From contig NW_027362764.1 in assembly GCF_046119375.1 (NCBI RefSeq), forward strand, positions 151,404,001 through 151,468,000: a stretch of 64,000 bases of DNA, read 5' to 3'. Shown piece after piece: positions 1-13,162 of the stretch (position 1 is its first letter; each line of letters opens with the position of its first letter). A program made the position numbers and the translations under genes. The notes under the pieces are model-generated. The model saw only the letters and a program-made list of their open reading frames with translations. It made no database searches and had not been told where the DNA came from. This DNA is from Phyllobates terribilis. Taxonomy: Eukaryota.

Positions 1-1242
1 CAATAAAGGATTGTGTCTTTATTTCAATTAAAGGACTTTATTCTGGGTGTTTGTGTTTTTTTTAACTTTGACTATGGGGTTAGTAATGGGGGTGTCTTAT
101 AGACGCCTCTCCATTACTAACCTGGGCTTGATGTCAGCTGGCATTATAAGCTGACATCAACCCCAACCCTATTACCCCCTGCCACCGCACCAGGGCAGCG
201 TGGAAGAGCGAGGCTAAGTGCCAGAATTGGCGCATCCTATGAATGCGCCATTTCTGGGGCGGCTGACGGCTGGTGTTTCTAGCCTGGGAGGGGGCCAATA
301 TTCATGGCTCCCTTCCTGGGCTATTAATATCAGCCCCCAGCTGTCTGCCTAGCCTTTGCTAGCTATTAAATTAGGGGGGACCCCACGTCATTTTTTTGGG
401 GGGGTCCCCCATTTTAATAGCTAGTAAAGGCTATGTATTCAGCTGGGGGCTGATATTAGTAGCCTGGGAAGCTCCGTGGGTATTACCCCCTTCCCAGGCT
501 TCAAACATCTGCCCCAGCCGTCTGCTTAACCTCCGCTAGAGCCTAAAATTAAGGGGAACCCCACGCCAATTTTTTTAATAATAAATCCTTTATTTTAATA
601 CTAAATGACAAGTACAGTAACCAACACTATCACTGTACTTCATATATATGTGACTGACATGTTTCTATCTATCTAATCTATGTATGATGCTCTATTCTGT
701 CTGTTATAAATTGTCGGGTACCGCTGCTGAATTGCCGGCCGGCTTTTTTAAAGAGACAGTGCATGAAAACACTATTATTTTTTGTGATAAATCCTTTACG
801 CTAAATGACAAGTACAGTAAGCAGCACTTTCACTGTACTTCGTATATATGTGGCTGACATGTTTATATCTATCTAATCTATGTGTGAAGCTCTATTCTTT
901 CGGTTCTAAATTGTCGGGTACAGGTGTATGCCGCTGCTGAATTGCCGGCTTTTCATGTTTCACTGTTGGCACTGTTCCCATCGATTTGGGCAATCACTGT
1001 AATGCCACAACCACCATGGCTGTGGCATTACAGTGAGTGGCAGACAATCCCTGCATGATTGGTGCTCTAAATAGCGCCAGACATGCAGGACACGCTTTTG
1101 GTGCACGAACAGTTATCGAACATAACCTCGAACAGCCGAATTTTTTGCAAATCGTTCGGGTTCGTCAACAACTCGAACACCGCCCAAAACAGCTCGAATT
1201 TGAGATTGGCGAACAGTTCTAGTCGAACACCGCTCATCTCTA
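1..1242 (-). mobile_element. Non-autonomous hAT-family element, one end only (other end lies before the window)
   Basis: Ends in CGCTCATCTCTA (1231-1242, reverse complement TAGAGATGAGCG). 1090-1242 closely matches the right end of the large hAT (29120-29271), including GTTCG/CGAAC subterminal motifs. Interior has an inverted repeat (~281-500) and a direct repeat (~600-770 vs ~800-950). Confidence 0.75.
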
Positions 1243-1471
1243 CTGCTCACCAACACCAGCCCTAGCGGTCTGTCCTGCAGCGGCGGTTATCCCTGACCGC
1301 AATCCATGGGTGGCGTAATCGGACTTTCACATTCACAAATCAATAAATAGACTGCCACAACATTGGTCTGACCACTCTGAGCCACGGAACCGGGTTGCCA
1401 CTACTACCCCCATCAGCACCGTACACCAGAAGACCCGGTTTCGAGTACCTCACGGCCCAGGGGGCGAGTCA
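1243..1471 (+). mobile_element. 3' part of an LTR (same family as 13699-14908), interrupted by the hAT element to its left
   Basis: Aligns by eye with 14685-14908 (CAACACCAGCC..GCGGTC..TGACCGCAATCCA..GGGTGGCGTA..GAGCCACGGAACCGGGT..CCCAGGGGGCG.GTCA) and ends in CA at 1471. Confidence 0.75.
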
Positions 1472-3204
1472 CTAGCTCTATACAAGCTCTAATGTAACCA
1501 TTAATACTGCCAAACAGTAATCATATAATGGTCAGATACCAGATCTACTACACAGGTGCTCTGCAAAGTCTTTCCATGGTGCAGAACATAGAAGAGAATA
1601 CAGCACCGAACTCTGTCACTTGCAGATCCTATCACCTCTCCTATATGTGTGTTTTAGTAATACTTGTATCTTAGAATTGTGAATTGTGGTATCCCTCTGT
1701 TATTTTTCCTGGACATGTATGAATGCTTTCCCACCTGTCTGCTTCTATCAGACTATTTAGGAACACATTCTATCGGCAAGAGGAAATTTACTCTTTATGC
1801 AAAGTCGTAAAGGGTAATCTCTGATAGCAATGTTATTAAGCATGCCTTGCCTTGTACTTGTGGGTAAGGTTTGATAGGGGACTATGTAGAAGTAAAATCC
1901 GCACTGACCACTGTACACTCACTTTTTGCAATAACTATGGAGCACTTATCTGATACAATTAAACAAACCAAAGATTACAGGTTATATCATAGGCAGATTA
2001 CATGATACTATTCAATATGGTCAGAATACACATGTTAACCTTCCCAGAGCATTAAACTTAATAAACAACTTTGGTCTATACTGTAATCAATTGGAAGAAA
2101 AACTTTGCATGTTGCCCATATATTTTAGTCTGTTTTTTCTTTATTTCTCGTATTTACAGCTCAGTACTTCTTTTTATTTCGTAAAATGGATGAACCCAAG
2201 GACTAAAGACTGTTTCCTTCTTGCCTTCCTCACTATCACCACCTAAATGTCAACCTGATGGTTTACAGTGCTCATACTATTGCTCAAACCTATAAACTCA
2301 CTTTTATAGAAATACTAAGTATATTGTAGATCAAAGCCAATTTTTTAGGGTATCACATTAGCATTTTACTTTTCAGGATAAATAAAAAGAAAAACTCTGT
2401 GCTTGAAAATTAGTATTTTCCTGTTCTGCGTAGAGATGGAATATAATTTATCCAAAGTACCTTAAATGTTTAAATTTTATGAGCAATAATTAACGTGCTT
2501 GATTATCATTAGCGGTGGAGAAGAATGAAATAACATTTACAATGATCCTATGCTAGCAATAACTACAAACACAAAATGCATTTCATTAATACACAAAAGA
2601 AAAAATATTGAAAATCAGTCACATGATAGGATTGCGGCATCAGCCAGAGGGGAGAACCATTACATGATTGATGGTTTATATACATGATAGCATGATACAA
2701 AAGGTCCAGGCAAAAAATAAAAAATGAGTACGAGGCAGCAATAAATTAATTAGGATAAAGTGCATGTGAAAAACGTAAAGAAACTGACCTAGTTTCGTCT
2801 AAATAAGGGTGTCAAGAATTATTTAAAAATATGATATCGAACAATTCAGTATGAAGGTTCATACCGAAATAGGCATCGAGACTGGCACCAACCTGAAGAG
2901 AAGAAGCATGTTTAGTAGTTAGTAATTCTTGACTAACTCGTTTAGGATTAGCTAGGTCAGTTTCTTTACATTTTGCATTAGCACTTCATTGTGATTAATT
3001 CATTGCTGCCTAGTACACTTTTTAATATATTTTTCCTGGAATTTTTCATATCATATTATTATGTATATATACCCATCAATCATGTTGTTACTCTCCCTTT
3101 AGGTTGATGCCACCATTCTATCATGTAACACATCTTTAACCTTTGGTACATATTTTTTTTACTTGTATCTGATTTGTATTTTTTTTCCCTTTAGTTTTTG
3201 TAAA

Positions 3205-3434
3205 TATTTATGTATATAGCGCCATCATATTCCACAGCACTTTCCAGACATTATCATCACTATTCCCATAGGGGCTCACAATATACATTCCCCATCAGTA
3301 TGTCTTTGGAGTGTGGGAGGAAACCAGATTACACGGAGGAAACCCACGCAAACACGAGGAGAACATACAGACTTCAACTTAGGACACCAGGGCTGCAAGG
3401 CAAGAATGCTAACCACTGAGCCACAGTGCTGCCC
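3205..3434 (-). mobile_element. V-SINE-like tRNA-derived SINE with L2-type 3' tail
   Basis: Minus strand reads GGGCAGCACTGTGGCTCAGTGGTTAGCA (tRNA-like head), then TGTTCTCCTCGTGTTTGCGTGGGTTTCCTCC..GGTTTCCTCCCACA (V-domain-like), then a GGCGCTATATA tail like the L2 tail at 32275. Confidence 0.75.
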
Positions 3435-3454
3435 TATAACATAATACTGACATA

Positions 3455-5085
3455 CAGTACAGACCTAAAGTTTGGACACACCTTCTTATTTAAAGATTTT
3501 TCTGTATTTTCATGACTATGAAAATTGTACATTCACACTGAAGGCATCAAAACTATGAATTAACACATGTGGAATTATATACTTAACAAAAAAGTGTGAA
3601 ACAACTGAAAATATGTCTTATATTCTAGGTTCTTCAAAGTAGCCACCTTTGGCTTTGATGACTGCTTTGCACACTATTGGCATTCTCTTGATGAGCTTCA
3701 AGAGGTAATCACCGGAAATTGTTTTCACTTCACAGGTGTGCCCTGTCAGGTTTAATAAGTGGGATTTCTTGCCTTATAAATGGGGTTGGACCATCAGTTG
3801 TGTTGTGCAGAAGTCTGGTGGATACACAGCTGATAGTCCTACTAAATAGACTGTTAGAATTTGTATTATGGCAAGAAAAAAGCAGCTAAGTAAAGAAAAA
3901 CGAGTGGCCATCATTACTTTAGGAAATGAAGGTCAGTCAGTCCAAAAAATTGGGCAAACTTTGAAAGTGTCCCCAAGTGCAGTTGCAAAAACCATCAAGC
4001 GCTACAAAGAAACTGGCTCACATGAGGACCGCCACAGGAAAGGAAGACCAAGAGTCACCTCTGCTTCTGAGGATAAGTTTATCTGAGTCACCAGCCTCAG
4101 AAATCGCAGGTTAACTGCAGCTCAGATTAGAGACCAGGTCAATGCCACACAGAGTTCTAGCAGCAGACACATCTCTTCAACAACTGTTAAGAGGAGACTT
4201 TGTGCAGCAGGCCTTCATGGTAAAATAGCTGCTAGGAAACCACCGCTAAGGACAGGCAACAAGCAGAAGAGACTTGTTTGGGCTAAAGAACACAAGGAAT
4301 GGACATTAGACAAGTGGAAATCTGTGCTTTGGTCTGATGAGTCCAAATATGAGATCTTTGGTTCCAACCACCGTGTCTTTGTGCGATGCAGAAAAGGTGA
4401 ACGGATGGACTCTACATGCCTGGCTCCCACCGTGAAGCATGGAGGAGGAGGTGTGATGGTGTGGGGGTGCTTTGCTGGTGACACTGTTGGGGATTTATTC
4501 AAAATTGAAGGCATACTGAACCAGCATGGCTACCACAGCATCTTGAAGCGGCATGCTATTCCATCCGCTTTGCGTTTAGTTGGACCATCATTTATTTTTC
4601 AACAGGACAATGACCCCAAACACACCTCCAGGCTGTGTAAGGGCTATTTGACCAAGAAGGATAGTGATGGGGTGCTACGCCAGATGACCTGGCCTCCACA
4701 GTCACCAGACCTGAACCCAATCGAGATGGTTTGGGGTGAGCTGGACCGCAGAGTGCAGGCAAAAGGGCCAACAAGTGCTAATCATCTCTGGGAACTCCAT
4801 CAAGATTGTTGGAAGACCATTTCCGGTGACTACCTCTTGAAGCTCATCAAGAGAATGCCAAGAGTGTGCAAAGCAGTCATCAAAGCAAAAGGTGGAAACT
4901 TTGAAGAACCTAAAATATAAGACAAATTTTCAGTTGTTTCACACTTTTTTTTGTTAAGTATATAATTCCACATGTGTTAATTCATAGTTTTGATGCCTTC
5001 ATTGTGAATGTACAATTTTCATAGTCATGAAAATACAGAAAAATCTTAAAATGAGAAGGTGCGTCCAAACTTTTGGTCTGTACTG
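3455..5085 (+). mobile_element. Full-length Tc1/mariner transposon, DD38E (Intruder-type)
   Basis: TA flanks at 3453-54 and 5086-87. Long TIRs of about 170 bp starting CAGTACAGACC.AAAGTTTGGAC. Internal transposase. Confidence 0.95.
3868..4920 (+). pseudogene. Tc1 transposase (350 codons) with one premature stop
   Basis: ORFs 3868-4086 and 4324-4920 are in the same frame and 4087-4323 is open. The only stop is TGA at 4084-86 (likely CGA>TGA). Motifs [31 protein letters not shown], with 38 residues between the second D and the E. Confidence 0.92.
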
Positions 5086-5299
5086 TACATTTATGTACTG
5101 TCATTCTAGCTATAGTGTTTGTTTTTTGTTGTCAATTTTGTTATTTTTGTACCCACTAACAATCATCTAAAGCTGGGTACATAAAAGAGGGGGGTCTTTA
5201 GCAAAGATCAAATTTAATCCCTCCTCTTATTATTTCAGTTCTTTGCATGACTTACCTTCACAATCATAAGCTAACATTGTAGTTCCTCAATGGAGGATG

Positions 5300-6396
5300 T
5301 GTGGCGCCTTGCTGCGCATTGGTGCCACAGATCCCAGAGGGGTGCATGGACGGATTCCTCCACAAGAGGCCCTCATAGCATTCACACACCTCCACCTTCC
5401 ACCTCAGACCAGCAGAGGGAGCCCGGACAGGGATATAAAAAGGGAAGGTGGAGCTAGGCAATTCAGTCTACAGTCTGGAGTCTACAGTCTGCTACAGCCA
5501 GAGAGGTTGTCAGGTCAGTTCAGACTCAGTGAGCTCAGATTAGTGAGCTTAGGGCGTGCCGACGCCAAAAGAGCGGCGAAGCACAGTGTGCCTGCTGCAG
5601 TGTGAAGCCTAGTGAGGGCCCCGAGCGTGGCTGAAGGCGAGTGGAAAGAGAGCAACATAGGGGGCAGAGGAGCTTAACCAGCTCACCCCAAAACCATTAC
5701 CGGACACCGGGTCCGCGTCTGCAGGGATTCCTTACATCCAGCCGAAATAACCGGAACCCCTGGCAAACTATATGTCCCAGGAACACCAAAAAGCTGACTG
5801 TTATACCAGGGTCAGGAGTCATGGAGGCCCAAGAGACCAGGGAGTGTGATCTCCAACAGAAGGCCCTACCACCAGGTCAGCAGGTGCAAGACAGAGACCA
5901 AGTTAGGCCTAGCTCCAGGCAGGTCAGAAACTTATCGAGGAAAGGCAAGAAACAGGAGGCCCCACACCCGCTCACTGGGGAGAGTCCTGATATGCACCCT
6001 TCACCCTGAAGTACCCTAGACCGTGCCAGAAACACCACCAGTAAATTTACTGAAGTGAATTGTTGTGGGTGTGCCTATTCTTCCTCTGACCCAGCTGGGT
6101 CTCCTCTGTCCTGCATCCCTACACTTACGCTGCCCTGAGGCCCCGCTCCACCTGTGGGGAGTCGTACCAACTAAGCTGCCTAAACACCGGTCTCAGAGGA
6201 CTGTTGCAGCGCTGGTGATCCTCACCAGACACCACGGGTGGCGTCACAAACATTCCCCTATCCCATATAACTTCCCCCCTTCTTTTAAAGAGTGACCCCA
6301 GGGTACGGGCCCGGGAGCCGACCACTGCGACATCCCCCAAGGTCAGGCAACAACAAGGCCCGGGCGCCGAGTCGTCCCCATCCCTTGGGCGTGTTA
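5300..6396 (+). mobile_element. Solo LTR of a Gypsy element (related to the LTRs at 49172 and 56082)
   Basis: Starts TGTGGCGCC and ends GGGCGTGTTA (relatives end GGGCGAGTCA). 4-bp TSD GATG at 5296-99 and 6397-6400. Shares GGTGCATGGACGGA.TCCTCCACAAGAGGCCCTC with the Gypsy LTRs. TATAAAA near 5434. Confidence 0.85.
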
Positions 6397-8021
6397 GATG
6401 TCCTACACAATATCACACCAACCAAAGGGGAATGTGAGCAACAATGGTTAGGCTTTCCTTTTCTAAAGGACCCATTACAGTTACATGGACTGCCTCAATG
6501 GTCAAAAAAATATTTCCACACCTTCTGCTAAGAGCCTGAACTTTACTTCAACAGCATATGGTTATATCTCAGCCATGTATATTATGCAGCCCATATATAG
6601 AAGGAGGATACAGTTGCTTGTAAAAGGTTAATCTGTTAGTGGAGGACATGGCTGCATCTGAAGACTTAAACCAGAATAATAAATAGCTGCTTGTAAAACA
6701 TTTCTTTATAAGAATTGGAATTAGTTGCATCATATAGGTTTACAGGAAAGAGGAGGACATAGCTGCTTCTAAAGGAGTTATCTTAGTATCTCAATACATA
6801 CACACAGAGTCCCCATTAGACACATTGAAGAGAAGCTGTGGCAGGTTACACCTTTGTTGCTATTTCTTCACGCCTGCTTATTTTTCCTCCTACTGCTTCT
6901 TAACTTGCAGACTCTATCTTACATTGCTTCTTATACTGTATCACTACATTCAGCATGAAGACAGTAGCACATGTCAACCATGTTTACATGCTGCACATAG
7001 TTTCCCCACATGTTGGTCTCTCTTTACCTTAAGAACTTTTGCAGGAGGTTATAGTTCCTTTTTAATGACCAGCCATTATTTTTTTCATTTTGCCCCTCTA
7101 TGGCTATAAGAGGCCTTGTTTGTTTGTTTTTTTAACTTGGATTATTTTTTAGCTGTGTTTTATTACTTAATTTATATTTTTCCATGAAAAAAAATTCTTA
7201 ATTTTTATACTGTTCATATTTCATCATTAATAATGAATAATACATACCCCCCTTTTTCACATGTAAAGCGACATGGAATAAATGGTGCTATAATAATAAT
7301 AAATAATAATAATAATAATAATAATAAACAACCTGTTGAATTTATTCTGCAGATTATTCATTTTCATTATTTTCTCATAAGGGTCACTGGATTTTTGTAA
7401 CAGTTGGGGACTGGCCCGTTCCAGTTAGATTGCAGGAGCACAAATGCATCAATAAAAGACATTGTTACAAACTAAGACCTGCTGCATCACCAACCATCAG
7501 AAGATAGTGGGTGGTTTTTAAAGGGTTAAAAGGGATGTTACATGATAATCACCTATAGGTGGCTCCATTGAGACAGTTTTCGTTTTCCTAAAAGGGGAAC
7601 TACTAACTCCTCACTGGCCTTTGTAAGGAGAATCAGTGTTTACAAAAAACGATTGGCTAAAACTAAAAAGCTTTATGGAGAATACAAAGTAGTCATCTTC
7701 GTTACAACATTATGGGAATGTAAGAAAAGACTATGTGTAACTGTAGACAGCAAATTATGTCTGAAGTAAAAGTTGTAATTTTATAGGGATTAGGAGAGTC
7801 AGTGTCAGCTTTTCACGTCAGCGCTAACACAGATCAGAATTTCTACTATTCTATCAGAGTTCTTTAGGTTTATAAAGAACATTTAGGGAGACACAAATGG
7901 TCTGTTTAGAATTACCAGACCCTCCACATTGAGATATTTCACCTGGTGAAAGCGCTGAGCAATGAAACTCTATCTGTTATTACATTGCTGAGATTTAGAT
8001 ACATATTTTAGAACATCTTAA

Positions 8022-8419
8022 AGAAGCACTCCCATCAAATTTTTTATCCTTTTGAAATTCTCATATTATATACCAATGTGTATTTACAATTGCTCATTTT
8101 GCCTTTCTACTCAGCTAATTCTTCTGTTTTCCATTAGGTCTATGACATCACATGATTAAAAACTGAGTAGGTGATTCCTTCTAAGCTCTATGTAGAAATA
8201 GGAGGTTAATTTTGCCTGTATGACTCATCTCTGCAAAAGTCTCTGGCAGGGGGAATCATTTTTGCAGGGACAATAGACTTCCTGTTTCTACATAGAGCAG
8301 AGAAAAGAGAAGAATTAGCTGGGTAGAAAGGCAAAATGAGCAATTGTAAGTACACAGTGCTGTATAATATGATGATTTCAATATATTAAGAGGATAAAAA
8401 CTTTGATGGAAGTGCTTCT
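8022..8419. mobile_element. TTAA-flanked T2/Kolobok-type MITE
   Basis: TTAA at 8018-21 and 8420-23. TIRs AGAAGCACTCCCATCAAA / TTTGATGGAAGTGCTTCT extend imperfectly for over 100 bp. Confidence 0.75.
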
Positions 8420-8777
8420 TTAAGAAAATATTTGTATATGTATATATTTTATTAGTAAATGAAACATAAATTATGGTTTTGGCTGATATTTGTTCTATAT
8501 TACTCTTGTACCGTTTTAATAATTATTTTCATTTTAAAGTCGTTTAGATTAAAATAGAAAAACACTAAAAATTAAAATGAGCTAGTTAAACTCTGCCTAA
8601 TAACATAATAGTGTATCTATCACCATTTACTGTATGCTTTTTTAAATATACTGAACAATTGCATTAAAAATTATATTACCGTATTTTTCGGACTATAAGA
8701 CACACTTTTTTCCTCCAAAATTTTGGAGGAAAATGGGGGGTGCGCCTTATAGTCCGAATGTTGGGGGGGTGTATATA

Positions 8778-10404
<1,627 letters not shown>

Positions 10405-10571
10405 TATATGTGGGGTGTGGGGGGAGCGGTAGCGGTGGAGGAGCGGGGCACAGGAGACAGCAGCCGCCCACTGCAGCCTACACTGTCCCCGCTGCAAAAG
10501 AAAATGAATATTCACTGCTCCCCACGCCCATGGAGCATGGGGAGCACTGAATATTCATGCTCCTTAATAGC

Positions 10572-10766
10572 AGCACACAGTGTAGCCGCAGCGCGGCTCC
10601 TGCTGCTGCCGGAATCGACTGTGCCCGCTGTTAAAGGGCATGAATATTCACCCCCTCTCCATGCCCATGGGCGTGGGGAGGGGGTGAATATTCATGCCCT
10701 TTAATAAGCGGGCACACGCCATAGCCGGCAGCAGCAGGAGCCGCGCTGTGGCTACGCTGTGTGCCG
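10572..10766. repeat. ~190-bp imperfect GC-rich inverted repeat inside the TcMar element
   Basis: Core AAGGGCATGAATATTCACCCCCT..AGGGGGTGAATATTCATGCCCTT. Arms extend to GCGCGGCTCCTGCTGCTGCCGG / CCGGCAGCAGCAGGAGCCGCGC. Confidence 0.85.
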
Positions 10767-10974
10767 GCTATGAAGGAGCATGAAGTCACTGCTCCCTGCG
10801 CACACAGTCCCGGCGTGGGGAGCAGTGACTTCCGGCAACTGATCTCTTCTTGTGAGCCGCGCATGGCAGTGACGCCATGCGCGGCTCACATGGAGAGATC
10901 AGTGCGGGCAGACCGGACGTAGCACTGGAGGAGAGAAGAAAGGTGAGTAGGAGTGTTTATTTTTTTATGTGCAG

Positions 10975-11670
10975 CATGATGGGGATTAGGAGGACCATGC
11001 ATACTAAGATTAGGATGAGGGGGCCATACATTCCAGGGTAAGGATGAGGGGGCCATACTTACCAGGGTAAGGATGAGGGGGCCATACATATCAGGGTAAG
11101 GATGAGGGGGGCCATATATACCAGGTTAACGCTGAGGGGGGTATACATACCAGGATAAAGATGAGGGGGCCATACATACCAGGATAATGCTGAGGGGGGC
11201 ATACATAACAGGATAAAGATGAGGGGGCCATACTTACCAGGATAACCCTGAGGGGTGCCATGCATACCAGGATTAGGATGAGGGGCCATACATACCAGGA
11301 TAAGGATGAGGGGTGTCATGCATACCAGTATTAAGGTGAGGGGCCATACATACCAGGATAGGGATTAGGGGTGTCATACATACCAGGACAGGGATTAGGG
11401 GTGCCATGCATACCAGGCCAGGGATGAGGGGTGCCATGCATGCCAGGATAGGGATGAGGGGTACCATGCATACCAGGACAGGGATGAGGGGTGCCATGCA
11501 TACCAGGATAGGGATGAGGGGTGCCATGCATAGCAGGATAGGGATGAGGGGTGCCATGCATACCAGGGTGGAGGGGTTCCATGCATACCAGGCTGGAGGG
11601 ATGCCAGGCATACCAGGATGGGGATGGAGACCACGTATAGAAGGAAGGGGGGGCATATATACCTGGATGG
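10975..11670. repeat. 29-30-bp minisatellite (CATGCATACCAGGATAGGGATGAGGGGTGC)n
   Basis: Periodicity is directly visible and explains the 10-aa periodic ORFs (MHTRIGMRGA, HPYPGMHGTP). Confidence 0.92.
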
Positions 11671-13162
11671 GGGATATTGTCAAAATTGGGGGACATTACC
11701 CCTATACCAGTGTCAGCAGAAGACCCCCCTCCCCCTTAAAAGTGCATCATGAACACATTTTTTGCTTACATTTTTTTTTTCCTCCTCTAAAACCTAGGTG
11801 CGTCTTATGGTCCGGTGCATCTTATAGTCCGAAAAATACGGTAACCCCCCCATTGCAAATTAGGTTTATTAGCAACATTTAACATTTTTCTGCTACTTCT
11901 AATAAACCAATAAAAAAGAAACAAAAAAAATTTAAATAGATCAGCAAAATTAATAACAAGTGTTTTTTTTATAAAACAAAAAAATGCCACTTTTGATGGG
12001 TACCACAGTCAGCCAGTGAAAAAAAAAGAGTACTCATCTCACTTGTTCCACCATTCCAGCCAGCCATCTAGTCCTCTGCACATCCAGTCCTTAATATATC
12101 CTATTTGGCCCTTCCGTCATCTTGGCTCAGTACCAAGGCCACATATTATGCACTCAACTTGTGAGGTGGATCCTCTAAGTCCATGTCCGGTGGGCACACA
12201 GATCCCGGTCGTTGATGCAGCAGGCAAATGAGGCACGTGGGAAGCAAGGACTAGAAGCACTGAAGGCTGCAGGCCAACAGGACACTGTAAAGCAGGTATG
12301 GAGCAGGTACTAGAAGCACTTGAAATTGCAGGCAGACAGAACACTGGAAAGCAGGCATGGAGCAGGTACTAGAAGCCTTGAAAACTGTAGGAAGACAAGG
12401 TGTCAGAAAGCAGATATGGAGCAGGTACTAGAAGCACTGGAGTTCGCAGTGAGACAGGAGATGGGAAAGCAGATATGGAGCAGGTACTAGAAGCATTGGA
12501 GTCTGCAGTGAGATAGGAGATGGGAAAGTAGGTATGGATCAGGTACTAGAAGCACTGTAGACTCCTGACAGAACACTGGAGAGCAGGTATGGAGAAGGTA
12601 CTAGAAGCACTGAAGGGCATAGTGAGACAGGACAAAGGAAAACTATAGGTCTTAATTAGTGTTGAGCCACCCCCGTAGTGTTCGAGTTCGGTTCGGTTCG
12701 TCGAACACCCGTGTGTTCGCCGAACTGTTCGTCGAACTGTTCGTTGAACACCTTCGAACACTGTTAAAACCAATGGCAGGCAAACAAAAACACATAGAAA
12801 CACATAGAAAACACCTTCAAAGGTGTCCAAAAGCTGACGAACTGCTCTGAAGACACAACTAACACATGGAAAAGTGACAAGTACATATAGTCATGCGAAA
12901 AGAAAAGAGGTGGAGGAGTAAAGGGAGGGGGAGACACAGATATAGGCATGTCATGCCCTTCTAAAATCCAAAAAGTGAGAAGCCGACACGTTCAGTCCGC
13001 TCCTGCCCGTGTCACCTCCGTGTCGCCGGGTTTGTGCCAGAGCCGCGGTGAACCCTGACGGCCAGCCCCCCTCTCCCAATACTGGTGCCTGTCCGCTGGT
13101 GGGTCGAGCGAGCCCCCCTGTGGTGGAGGCAACTCTAAGCTTTTTAATTTAAATTGTCTCTC

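Noticed and set aside
1752-1813. Plus-strand exon candidate (LFRNTFYRQEEIYSLCKVVK)
   Set aside because: AG/GT boundaries exist, but it is short, unrecognised and unsupported by neighbouring exons.
2843-2885. Hammerhead-like motif (TATGAAGG..CCGAAA) inside an inverted repeat at 2733-3010
   Set aside because: Core residues and stems I and III cannot be formed. At most this is Penelope-like debris.
7396-7542. Mini LTR-like segment TGTAACA..TGTTACA
   Set aside because: No matching TSD and too short to classify.
11059-11882. Pro/His/Met-rich protein ORFs
   Set aside because: They are translations of a 29-30-bp minisatellite that is open in several frames on both strands.
12975-13135. GC-rich segment next to the 18S piece as rDNA spacer cargo
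   Set aside because: Present in all three copies, but I cannot match it to any rDNA or TE motif from memory. A BLAST is needed.
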